A stretch of 63,584 bases of DNA, counting the filler, from Reclinomonas americana ATCC 50394 (Eukaryota), in the NCBI GenBank assembly GCA_048213135.1. It is 14 parts of 14 records of this genome, joined end to end, with 100 filler letters (N's around TTAATTAATTAA, not from the genome) between each part and the next. Parts side by side here need not be neighbours in the genome. Positions count along the whole stretch, not along the records: positions 34,113 to 38,145 come from AFZH01019657.1; positions 38,246 to 39,836 come from AFZH01019658.1; positions 39,937 to 45,012 come from AFZH01019660.1; positions 45,113 to 47,062 come from AFZH01019662.1; positions 47,163 to 52,797 come from AFZH01019663.1; 9 more parts are not named here. One strand, written 5' to 3'. Shown here piece after piece: positions 36,430 to 48,200 of this stretch. The position numbers and the translations under genes are program-made. The number at the start of each line of letters is the position of its first letter. Position 1 is the stretch's first letter. The notes beneath the pieces were generated by a model, which was not told the DNA's origin, ran no database searches, and worked only from the letters and a program-made list of their open reading frames with translations.

Positions 36430-37030
36430 GCGTTCTCTCTGCCTTTGTAACGCTCTGTGTTCACTGTATGGTGTGCGTCGGAGGTCACTTGAGTATCATG
36501 CACTCGAGTTGTGAGTAACCAATGAGAAACGGGGGAATATCAGTGAATACCGCGACGTCGAAGCTGGTTCTGTGCCTCCTTCCTGTCTGCGCAACGCTCT
36601 GTGTTCACTGTATGGTGTGCGTCGCGGCACAGGTCACTTGAGTATCTTGCACTCGAGTCGTGAGAAACCAATGAGAAACGGGGGAATATCGAAATCCAAG
36701 CTTGCAAGAATACTGCGACGTCGATCGACGTTTGTTCATATGTGTTCTCTCTCTCTTTGCAATGCTCTGTGGTCCCTATGCAGTGTGAGTCGCAAGTCAC
36801 TTTGAGATACATAGTCGCCCCGTGAGGATCCGATGAGAAACGGGGGAATATCGATATCCAAGAATACGGCGACGTCGATATTCGTTCCGTGCAGTCTCTC
36901 TGTCGCTGCAGCGCTCTGTAATCATTGCATGGTGGTGTCTGGCACGAGTCACTATTGCCATACACACTCGCCCAGTGATTACGTGGAGAAACCTGGGAAT
37001 ATCAATGAAACGGCTTCGATGTTCGTACCA
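36430..37030. repeat. Four diverged ~150-160 bp tandem units upstream of the exchanger gene
   Basis: GAGAAACGGGGGAATATC at 36524, 36673 and 36835, with a variant at 36986; units also share GCTCTGT and GTCACT motifs. Confidence 0.85.
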
Positions 37031-37169
37031 CGCACCGCACGAGGATCGACCGAGAAACAACGAGAAACAAGTGAGCTATCAATGAACACGCTCGACGCTG
37101 CAATGTACTCTCCCCTCATCTTCACGTCGCTCTATGGTCTCTCTATGTGGCTTACTTTCCATTGCTGGC

Positions 37170-38245
37170 TCATGACGATTTCGCTGCCTTTTGCGCGGCA
37201 TCGCTGTCGGCCTTGGCTTTCCGCACGTGCTTCACGATGCGATCGGCAATCTCCTCGGCGTTGAAGTTCTTGCCAAAGTAGTCGATGAAGCGGCCGTCGG
37301 GGCCCATGAAGTACATGATGATCGAGTGGTCGATGAGGAAGTCCTGTGTGTACGTGGTGAGAAAACGGGAGAACTGGGGAATCAACAGGGAGGCTCAACA
37401 TTGGTCTTCACGTCTTCGTCGGCGGGGATGCTAAAGTAGACGCGATAGGCCTTGGTGACGCTCTTCAGTTCCTCCATGGTGCCGGTGAGACCGACCATGC
37501 GCGGGTGATAACCTGCACACGAGTGTCACCACCACTCGTCTCGCGCACCATCGGATTGCGAGGAAGGACGCAACGAGTGACGTAGTCCTTGACGCGTTCG
37601 GGGGTGTCGCGCACGGGGTCCACGCTGATAAACACCGGCTGCACCACGGGTCCAATGGTGGCATCCACGCGGTCAATGACATGTCGCATCTTGTTCATTT
37701 CGGCGGGGCAAATGTCGGGGCATGCCGCTGGGGAAGGAGAAGGGGGGAGGGAGAGGAAAGAGGGGAAGGGGTTAGGGGGGAAGAGAAAGGAGAAGGCGAT
37801 GGGGGAGGATGGAAAGGGAAAGACGGAAGGGGGAAGAGAGGGAAAGGGTTACTAAAGGGGAAGAGAAAGGGGGAGGAAGCGGGAATAGACGGAGAAGGGG
37901 AAGAAGGAAGGAGAAGACGCAAGGGGAAGACGCAAGGGGAAGACGATGGGGAGAAGACGATGGGGGGAAGACGATGGGGGGAAGACCGAAGGGGGAAGAG
38001 AAAGGAGCAGGCGATGGGAGAGGAAGACCGAAGGGGGAAGACTGAAGGGGGAAGACTGAAGGGGGAAGCAAAGGGGGAAGACTGAAGGGGGAAGACTGAA
38101 GGGGGAAGCGAAGGGGGAAGCGAAGGGAGAAGCGAAGGGGGAAGCNNNNNNNNNNNNNNNNNNNNNNNNNNNNNNNNNNNNNNNNNNNNTTAATTAATTA
38201 ANNNNNNNNNNNNNNNNNNNNNNNNNNNNNNNNNNNNNNNNNNNN

Positions 38246-38316
<71 letters not shown>

Positions 38317-38486
38317 AAGAGACAACAGACCTTCCACGATGACTCCGAGGGAGGAGGAGGAGGTGGCGGAGGTGATGAGTCAGGCGAGGAGGCAGATGAA
38401 GACCATGCACATTGCATGCCGTTGAGTGGCGCCCACGGAGAGCGACGAGCCACGCAGAGAGAACGAGTCACTTGTCGCAGCAGCAT
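37170..38486 (-). CDS. SCO1: Cytochrome c oxidase copper chaperone SCO1/2 (spans gap 38146-38245)
   Basis: [29 protein letters not shown] and [18 protein letters not shown]; presequence-like first exon [10 protein letters not shown]. Confidence 0.92.
37920..38145. repeat. Purine-rich ~13-14 bp minisatellite (GGGGGAAGACTGAA variants) in a SCO1 intron
   Basis: Tandem units seen directly, running into a gap. Confidence 0.85.
38246..38313. repeat. (GA)n microsatellite
   Basis: Seen directly at a gap edge. Confidence 0.95.
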
Positions 38487-38618
38487 CTCTTGATTGAATC
38501 GCGTGCGAATGATGCAGCAGGGAGGACGCAGGATGATGCGGACAGGCAACCCTTACGTTGTTTATAATCAGTGGGTTGTCAATAAAAGAAAGGAAGGGAG
38601 GTGAGAGTGCAAGAGTTT

Positions 38619-39600
38619 TTAAAGGGCGCCTGGTGTGTTACCGAGCTGCTCGTGGAACTGGCGATACACGGTAATGTCGTCGACGTTGTCGAATGCGCGT
38701 TTTCTGGGCGTGGCGGAGCCGCTGGCGCCACTGGCGGAGGAGGCCACGGAGGGCCGGTTGCCGGGTGGACCCGAGATGCCGACGGCGTAGGAGAGGCGGT
38801 CAAAGGCGTTGCGGCGGGAGATGGAGAGGTTTTCGAGTTTGCGCAGGTTGGTGAAGAGCTCTGTGGCGCCCAGTGGGTCCACGCTGCAGCCTGTGCGTAA
38901 TGTGAGCCGCCGATGAAGAACAACTTGCGTGAGGAGGCAGCGTACGTGCCGTCAATGTAGAGCTCTTGCAGCTCGGTCAACTGCGCAATCCAGTGCGCGC
39001 CCTCGTTGCCGAGAGTGTTGTTGCTGATGGTGAGGATGCGCAACGCTCGCATGGACTGCGAAAGAGCGCGTGCGCCGTCCTCCGTTATCCGATTGTCTGC
39101 CGAGTGGTGTGAGCGAGCGACAGCAAAGAAGGATGACACGCAAAGACACACCAGAAATGTCGAGGTACGCCAGTGTGTCGCCGAGCTTCTCGGCAATGGC
39201 CGAGGCGCCCTCATCGCGCACCTCGTTGCCGCGGATGCTGAGGCGCTCCAGTCGCCTCAGGTTGTCGACAATGAGCCGCACGCCGGCCACGCCGATTCCG
39301 TTCTCGTCCAGCTCGAGAATGCGCAGGCCGCGCAGGTTGGCGCAAATGACTCGCACGCCCTCCACGCCCACGTCGCACACGTTGAGGCGGAGGACTTGCA
39401 GGGAGCGGCACAGCTCGGCAATGTGACGTGTGCCGCCTGCACAAAGGAAAGGGTGAGTGGGTGGGTGGGTGTGGGAGGGTGGGTGGTGAGGGAGCGAGCG
39501 CACCAACGTGCAGGAGGTTGTGTGAGGCGTCGAGGGTCTCTAATCGCGGTGCCAGGCGCTCGCACAGGGGTCGGAGGCCGTCGGCGGAGAGCTCGTTGCC
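38619..39600 (-). CDS. RNI-type leucine-rich repeat protein, 3' part
   Basis: LRILELDENGIG, LERLSIRGNEV, LRILTISNNTLG and LQELYID repeats across GT-AG introns; 5' end probably in the gap. Confidence 0.8.
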
Positions 39601-40755
39601 TGGGGGGAGAGAGGGTGAGAGGGAGGGAGGGGGAGGGGGGGAGGAAGGAGAGAGGGAGGGAGAGGGAGGGACGGGGAGAGAATGAGAGTGAGGAAGGGAG
39701 TGTATGTGTGTGCGTGCGTGTGTGTGTGTGTAATAGTGTGCGCAAGTGAGTGTCCATGCGTGTGTGTGTGTGTGTGTGAGTGTGTGTGTGTGTGAGTGAG
39801 TGAGTGTGTGTGTGTGTGTGTGTGTGTTGTGTGTGCNNNNNNNNNNNNNNNNNNNNNNNNNNNNNNNNNNNNNNNNNNNNTTAATTAATTAANNNNNNNN
39901 NNNNNNNNNNNNNNNNNNNNNNNNNNNNNNNNNNNNTTGTTGTTGCTCTACGAGCTGACATTTTTTCTCGCTTTTTTTCGTGATGTCTGAGTTTCTGGTG
40001 CTCACTGAAGATGGTGATCATCATGCAGCTGTGTTGCTGTTTGGATTAGTAAAGTTGTTGTTGTTCTTGCTGCAGCGAGCGTGCTTGACTTCACTTGTCC
40101 GATCGCAATATCGACAGCAATACGCCGATCCCAGTCACCGTCGCCACCACCTCCGCGACGCACAACTCTTGCAGATGCACTTCGAACAGACTCTCGTATC
40201 CCCCCTGTGCATATCATATCTGTCCCTCCTGTCTCTCCTCCACCACTGAATATTGAATCGATGTCCGATTGCAATATTTCACTCTCTCTCCCTCTCCCCT
40301 CCTCCCTTCCCCCCTCCCCTCCCCACCCTTCCCCTCCCCCTCCCCCACCACCACCACCCACCCTCCCCCACTCACCCACCACCCCACAACCACCGGGCCC
40401 TCCACGCCCCCTCCTCCCCTCGAGCTCACCTTCATGCAAGTGCGCGCAAATTTGAAACCGGACCAATGCTTTCCGTGTCCGACTCCCTCTCCCTCCCTCC
40501 CCCCTTCCCTCCCTCCCTCCATCCCTGCCACACCTCGCGATTCGCATGCATCAGAGCAGCCACATACTGCACAACTTCAGCCGATTTTGTGCAGTCAAGC
40601 GCGCGGACACCCGCGAATTCACGCCGAAATCGAGCGGGCCCGCACGCGAAATCGAGATCCACACCGCAATTTGAGTCGTGAGTCGGCAAGCATGAACGCC
40701 AATGCAGTGTGTGTCTCCCTGCTGAGACAAGACCACCACCTAACTCCAACAAACC

Positions 40756-41820
40756 ATGTGCCCCAAGTTGACTCCTGCTGAGCGACAACGACGCGAGAAG
40801 GTGCGACAGGCACTGAAGAAGCGCAAGCGCGGCCTGCAAAAGAAATGTGTTGCGTCTCTCTGCTCCCTCTTCCACACACACACACTCTCTCTGTGTGTGC
40901 TGACATTATAACCTCGCGTACAGACAGAGCTGGTCGACAAGTGCGGTGTGGAACTGCTGTTGATGATGAAGGATTACGGCGGTCGTCTCTTCATGTACTC
41001 GTCGAACAGTGATCCTCGTCGGTGCGCACTCTCTCTCTCTCGCCCTCTCTCACTTTCCCGCGCACTGTAAAGCTCACAAACACATGCGCGCAGGTTAATC
41101 CACGAGGTGCTGCAGGCGCCACCGGGTGTCGTGTTTCCGTTTGATGGTCGTGTGCGGCCGACTCGCCGACACACCGCCGCGGCGATTGGCGAGGATGCAG
41201 AGGAGGAGGAGGAGGGGCAAGAGGAGGAAGAAGAGGAGGAGGAAGACGAGGAGGAGGAGGAGGCGAGCGAGGAGACGGAGGAAAGCGGGGGCTGGGAGCA
41301 ATGTGGCGAACCAATGGCGACGAGGAGTAGCCGTCTGCGTGCGCCGCCTGCTCCTCCGACTCGCATGGCGCAGTTGGATGGCAGTCTTGTGGTCACTGTG
41401 GTGCCGTTGAAAGCCGAGTCGCCGCCTGCGCCGCCACAACCACAACCGTTAATGTCGTCGTACATGCCGGCGGCTGGATGGGCACCACCACACCTGCCGC
41501 TCGCCCTGCCGCCGCTGCCGCAATCGTCGGGACTTCTGCCGCCACTTCCTCTCCTGTCGTTGCCTCCGCCGCCACTGCCATCTCAGTCACAAGAGTTGGG
41601 GTATCCGTCGTCGGCGAATGCACCAAACTTCTCGTCGGTGTTCGCTCCGTGCGCCTGCCACAGCAGCGGGGACTCGCTGGCATCTTCACTCATGTCGTCG
41701 CCGCTGTCCTCCACCGCGGACAGCATTGTGAACGATGACGGCGTGGTGATGGAGTTTAGCGATTGCTGGCCACCAGTTGACGGCGCCATGTACAGCAGCT
41801 CGTCAACAACATTAATGTAG
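40756..41820 (+). CDS. Divergent MADS-box transcription factor
   Basis: Spliced MCPKLTPAERQRREKVRQALKKRKRGLQKKC|TELVDKCGVELLLMMKDYGGRLFMYSS aligns with MADS RQVTFSKRK.GL.KKA.EL..LC..E..L....GKL..YSS; acidic and Pro-rich tail. Confidence 0.72.
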
Positions 41821-41859
41821 TACCACATTATTATTATTGTACGTGGCGTGGAGGAGCCC

Positions 41860-42925
41860 TCCCGCCTTTCTCTTCTTTTTCTTTTTCATCTATCGTGCCG
41901 CCTTGTACACCTGAGAGGTCAGTTGCACACTGTTGTGTGTACATGTGGATATATATGCCCCCGCGGCTGTCTTGCTATTCTTCCTCTTCTGTCGTGCCAC
42001 CGTGGACACCGAGAGGCCACTTGCACAATCATTGTATGTGGCATGTAGTTGCCATCCCACCCGTCTTGCTCTCCTTTGTCTTCTTCGTCTGTCGTGCCCC
42101 CGCGCTTGCCTTACTCTTGCCCTTCCCTCTTCTTTTCGTCTGTCGTGTCGTCGTGGACACACTGAGACGTGAGTTGCATAGTATTATTGTTGTGTGCTCT
42201 CTCTTCTTTTCTTCATCTGTCGTGCCGTCGTGGACACACACAGAAGTCTGTTGCACATTGTTGTGTGTGGATATGCCGTTTCGCCTGCGCACAATTATTG
42301 TATGTGGCGTGGAGATCCTGTCTTGCTCTTCTTCCTCCTCTGCCGTCGCACAATTATTGTACGTAGCGTGGCCGCCTTCCTCTTCTTTTCTTCATCTATC
42401 GTGCCCACGCCTGCCTTGCTCTTTTTCCTCTTCTGCCGTGCCACCGTATACACACTGAGAGGTCAGCTGCACAGTATTATATCGTGGCGTGGAGATGCCC
42501 GCATACCTGTCTTGCTCTCATTCGTCTTCTTCGTCTGTCGTGCCCCCGCGCCTGCCTTACTCTTCCCTCTTATTGTTATTCTTGTGCGTGGTGTGGAGAT
42601 GCCCTTCCCCCTGTCGTGCCCTTCCCTCTTCTTCTTCATCTGTCGTACCGTCGTGGACACAGTGAAAGATCTGATGCACAATACGTGGTGTGGAGATAGA
42701 TGCCCTCTCGCTTTCTCTTTTTCTTCATCTGTCGTGCCGTCGTGTACTCAGTGCACTGAGGGGTCTGCTGCACTGCATCATTATTGTACGCAGTCCTCCT
42801 GCCTGCCTTGCTCTTCGTCTGTCGTGCCGTCGTGAGCACTGAGAGGTCTGTTACACATTGTTATTATTGTATGTGACGTGGGGATGCCCTCCAGCTCTTC
42901 CCTCTTCTTTTCTTCGTCTGTCGCA
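41860..42925. repeat. Degenerate modular repeat array between convergent MADS and DTW genes
   Basis: About 10 copies of TCTTC[AG]TCTGTCGTGCC, often followed by GTCGTGGACAC..TGAGAGGTC..GCAC and ATTATTGTA..TGGCGTGGAGATGCCC modules. Confidence 0.8.
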
Positions 42926-43034
42926 CCGCCGCGGTTGACAGGTCTGCAGCACAGACCCTCGCAGCTTCCTCCCCTTCTCTCTATGGTAGTTCTCTCTGAC
43001 CCACTCCTTGTTGGGTCACCTCGAGTCAGCGCAG

Positions 43035-44027
43035 TCATCGCTCCTCGCTTCCCTCTCCCGCATTGCCGCCTTCCTCGTCGCCATCATCATCCTCGTCGAC
43101 CTTGTAGTGCGTGAATCTATTCTGCAGCTCCGTCAACAAGTGGAACGGGCGCAGCAACAACTATGCGCGCACACAAGTCAGGAGGGAGTACACGGCGCTC
43201 GCCCTCTTCCCGCACTCCCCACTCACCGGCTCCACCACCGCATCCTCGTCAAGAATGCGCAGTGCGACAGCCACCGCCTCAATCGTGGACCTATGACCCG
43301 CCGTCGGCTGCTTGCGATAATGAAAGCGCGACTCGGGCAACATCTCCGCCGCCGGCAGCTTCACCGCCTGCACCCCGGACTCGGCAAACAGCGCCCCACC
43401 TCGCGTGTACAGATTGCGCGCCTGCGTCCACGTTCCATCCAGCACAATCAGCGTCCGCGCAAAGGGTTGCTCCGATGATGATGAAGAAGATGAGGATGCT
43501 TCGCTGGGATCCGTGGTGGACTCTTGCAGTGCACGTGAGCTGGGCACTTCGCTAATGTCGACCGCCCTTGCGGTCGGGAAGAGAAGGAGAGTGTGCGGAG
43601 AGGCGAGCGCAGTCGTCAGCTCATCATCAATGTGGGCGTGGAATGATCGCCGATTGATGACCACACACGCCTCCGGTTGCAAGCACGACTGAATGAGGGG
43701 CAGTGTGCGGAGTGGGCGCTTGAGCTCGCGAGGCTGTTGTCATGCGAGATGAGCAACCTTTGTGAGAGAGAGATGCCTGTTCCGCTGTTGACGCAACATG
43801 CTGTATGACCAACACGCGAGTCAGTGGGCGGTATCGTTGCGCCGGCAGTGCAGCACACAGGCACACAGTCGCCGGTCGACTGCAAGTGAGTGAATGAGCA
43901 CAAAAATCGAACACACACACACACTTGCGCGCAACAAGCAGTGGTGGTACCTGCACTGTGCACACACTGCGCGTCGGCGTGCCCTCGCAGTGCTGCTGTC
44001 GTCATCGCCCTCGCTGGTACTTGCCAT
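43035..44027 (-). CDS. DTWD2: DTW-domain tRNA-uridine aminocarboxypropyltransferase
   Basis: C..C.RP..VCLC, IQH, LLFP, LIVLDGTWTQAR and RKQP....STIEAVA motifs. Confidence 0.88.
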
Positions 44028-44385
44028 CTTCCTGTCGACCGTTACCTTAATATGCCCCTTATTCGTTGTCCCACATAATCAATCAATTGCTCTTGCGTTC
44101 GTCGTCGGCCTCCGCTTTCGCTCATCATTGCTCTCCACGTTCACAGATTGCCTCTCTAAAACGCACAGATGCACGCGCGTGCTTGAATATAATGGCATGC
44201 GTTGCGCTGCGGTATTTTATATGCAGCTGCACAGCCAGATTCTCGGCTGAAGATTCGGAGGCGACGGTTGCATGATTGGCTCTGTGCTGTTTCGCTGTTG
44301 TGCGCGTGTTGTGTGCGCAGTGATTGGGCGATCAACTCTTTTGTGTGTGTTTTTCCTCACACGCGTCGTCGACGTTTCGTGACTC

Positions 44386-45158
44386 ATGCTGGCGCCCTCC
44401 GGAACAAGCAGCTGGCGATCCACCAACAACGCCACCACCACCAAAGACAACAACAATAACACCAAAGGAGCATCGTTGTTGCCACAAAAGCAACCGCGTG
44501 GAGTCGGATGGGAGCGCTTCTGTGGCCACCTTGCCCACCAGCGACCGACAGTGAGTGAACGTCGTCTTTTCTCGTCGCAAGCACGAAAGAACATTGAAAC
44601 CAATCATCGTTGTGTGTGTGCGTGTGTGCAGTTGGGTCCTGTGTGGCTCCAATGGCTGCTTGCTGTGTTTGCGCGAGTGCAGCTGCTGGCAGTGGTGTTG
44701 AGCCCGCTGCTGTTCAGTCTCGGAGGAGCAGCGTCCACAGCAGCTTCTCAGTCGCTGACCACAAGAGCGCTACAATACCTGTACTATGTAGCCTCGTGGA
44801 CGCCATCGGTGCGTGTATATGTGAATGTCGCCGCAGGTCGACAACTGAGTACTGATTGTGGTGTGGATTTTTGCTATATGCAGACAATGGGTTCCGGACT
44901 GATGCTGTCAGTGTCGATTGCCGTGTGCATTACAATCGCGTTGGTAATTGCGCAGCTGGCGTTTGCGTATCGCCGATTGCGGCTTGTTCCGTTGCTGCAA
45001 TCGTCGCGCAATNNNNNNNNNNNNNNNNNNNNNNNNNNNNNNNNNNNNNNNNNNNNTTAATTAATTAANNNNNNNNNNNNNNNNNNNNNNNNNNNNNNNN
45101 NNNNNNNNNNNNTCTCCTCTCTCTCTCTCTCTCTCTCTTCTTCTCTCTCTCTCTCTTC

Positions 45159-45209
<51 letters not shown>

Positions 45210-48200
45210 TCCCCCCGGTTCCTCTCTCCCTCTCCCTATTCCTTTCCCCCGGTTCCTCTCTTTCTCTCCCTTCCCCCCTTTCCCTCTCCCTCACACTGCC
45301 GCAGAATCGCACTGGTGCATCAAGGCTGGGGCCAGTGTCACGTGCTGCTCTCGTCCCTGTGGAAGCACCTCTCCAGCGACGCAGTTGACAGTTGTGTGTG
45401 CCTCTACATTCCGCTGCAGTCTCCCTTGTCTCACACACACACACATTCGGCTTCAGCCGACAAGGTCTTCTCGCTGGCCATGTCGTTGCGCGAGACGCAG
45501 GCCGGGGTCAGCCGTCAGATTTACGAGCTGGTCGCCTCGTACCCCAACAATGCCGACGTTATCACCATTCTGGCTCAGTTCACCACCGACATTGTGCACG
45601 ACGAGACACTCGGAAGGCAACTCGACGAGATCGCCGACGAGCTCACTGTGGAGCGAGAGGCAAATATGGGAGAGCGCGAAGACGTGGCTCACCTGACGGA
45701 GATGGCGGAGACTCTCAAGGTTCTCATTTGTTGTGTTCCATGGCCAGCGCTAGCCGCCTTCCTATTCACTTTTTCGTGCCCCATGCAGCACCTGCAAGGT
45801 GTCATGCAGTTGGAGCACCATGTCAACGACAACCACGCCGAGGGCGCCGAGAGCAGCGACGACGGTTCGACAACTGACTCTGACAATCTCTCGGCGACGG
45901 CCGCGTCCACCGATGGTGACCAGCAGTCGCGCGCCGCCTACGCACTGGCGGCCGAATCTACGGATTCAGGCAGAGTGCGAGGCTTCTTGTCGCCCGTCAG
46001 CCGCCGACCGAAGGCTCCGTTCAGTCCCCGACCGTTTGCGGAAGAGGAAAAACAAAGTGGCATTCTCGCCAATGCAATAGCCGAGCGCGAGGTGTGTGTT
46101 TGTGTGCGCGCGCGATGAAAGTCTGTGCTGCGCCCGACTGATTCTCACCGTACGCTCTACAGTTGAGTCGCAAAAAGTGCGCCATTGACAAGACGCCGGC
46201 ACTTCGGTTTGCTACTGAATCCTCGTCTGCTCGCCTGACGGCCGGTATCCAGCGCCATGCCAGCGCGCGAAGTGCGACGAGTGCAGCCGGCAGGAAATCC
46301 GAGTGCGGCGATGCGTCCTCCGCTGGATCGTGAGTGATCTGCCACTCGCCACCGCTTCATCGTCGCTCAAGTTTATCGATTCACAAAATTATCCTCCTCC
46401 TCCTCCTCTCCTCGTGCAGACCGACTGGCTCGAGTGTGTCGGGACTGTCGAGCTCCACCTCTGGTTTCAGTGCCACCTCCAGCGCCATGTCAGCGTATCG
46501 CGATCTCATTCGCGGCGACAAGGTGCTCTCTCCACGCGCGATACAACAATGTTCTTGGTGTTTGCACACTAATTCGTTGTTGACGAACAGGATCCAGTTT
46601 CCGTACGCGCAACCTGGGGAGCGGTCGTGTTTACCTTGTTCACGCTGGCCGCTGTCTCCACGTGCTACGTCTTTGTCCTGCAGACCACCGACGACATGAC
46701 GGTGCTGACCGTGCGGACGGATGCTCTCATGGCGGTCCAGTTGCGTGGTTCACCATTGTTTGCCTGACTGTCGGATGCTGTACCGACTCAGAGTTTTTGC
46801 TTTTGTGTGCAGAGTCGGTCTCACGGGATCCCTGTACGCATCTCGTTCACTTCAGCGCACCGCCACGCTTTCTACTGCAGCTGATAAGGATCAGGCGGTT
46901 GCGACACTGCGGCATCAGCTCATAGCCAATGCAACAATGGCGGCAAGTGGACTGCGAAGTGTGACCACCGCCTCGATTGACGAGCTGGTGCATTTGTCGG
47001 GTTTGGTTGAACTCAAGGTGCTCTCGAGTCAGCCGACTGGCGGCTCTGTGGTGTACTCGGAGNNNNNNNNNNNNNNNNNNNNNNNNNNNNNNNNNNNNNN
47101 NNNNNNTTAATTAATTAANNNNNNNNNNNNNNNNNNNNNNNNNNNNNNNNNNNNNNNNNNNNAGCGTGCCGGCGTTGGACGCTGCCGTGGCCGCAGCTGA
47201 TACGTCGATGGTGAGAGCACGAGACTGCCACTGTTGTCCTTCTTTTCCTTTCTCTGCCTATTCCCGTTCACCTCCTTCGTCTACGACATCCTTATTCTTT
47301 CTCCCATTCGTCTCTTTCCCATTTCCTTCTCCTCCCCTTCCCCACTCCAATGGTGAGAGCACGAGGCTCCTGCTTCTGTTGTCGTCGTTGTCATTCTCCA
47401 TTTTCTGCCTACGTCTTCGACATCTTTCTTCTTTCTCCCATTCGTCTCCTTCCCATTTCCTTCTCCTCCCTGCAGTCATATTCGCACAAATCGACGGACC
47501 TGCTGCTGTCGGCTGGCATGGCTGCTCCTGATTACTTTTTCATGGCGGCCAACACGGCCAAGGTCATTGCACCGGCGCTGCGCGACGCGACAAGTTACCA
47601 CGTGGTGGATTCAAAGGACGCTGTCACCGCGGGTCAGCGACTGTTGTGGATCCAGTGTGGGGCCGCCGTGGGGTGCGTTGTGCTTTGTTCTTTCGCCGAC
47701 TTGCCGACGTACTAACAATCCTCTCGTCTCTTGCAGAGCCCTGCTGCTGTTCTTCCTGGCAGTCTTTGTGCCCAGCATTCGCATGTTGTTTAGGAAAACG
47801 CGTACTGGCGTGGAGGCCTTGCTCACATTGCCGAAGAAGAATGTGCGGAGTATGGCGCAGGATACGCGAGCCAAGTTGATTGATTACATGCAACACCACA
47901 GCGATGGCGCGATGGTACGTTTTGCACGTTGCGCAATCGACTGTTCCTGCCTCACGCCTCGTTCATGCAGCCTTCGACACTCGCTACTCGACAACGGTAC
48001 TCGCCTGCCGCGTGCTCTCGGCTGGACTGGCAGTTCCTGTCATCTGTGTCCTTTCGCATGTTTGTCACGGTCTCGGTGGCTGCGATTGTCATGATTTTGT
48101 TGTGGTACGTCGGTAGCAGGGCAGCAACCACACGGCAGCGCAGTGTGTGCTTATCGCCAGCTTGTCGCAGTGTGACGGCACTTATTGCGATTCGCGAGTC

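Noticed and set aside
41860..42925. CRISPR-like repeat-spacer appearance
   Set aside because: Repeats are degenerate, spacers are related to each other and irregular, there are no cas genes, and the context is eukaryotic.
18789..44027. Apparent cluster of mitochondrial and tRNA-related genes (carrier, FARS2, TrhO fusion, SCO1, DTWD2)
   Set aside because: They are interspersed with unrelated genes; there is no evidence of functional clustering.
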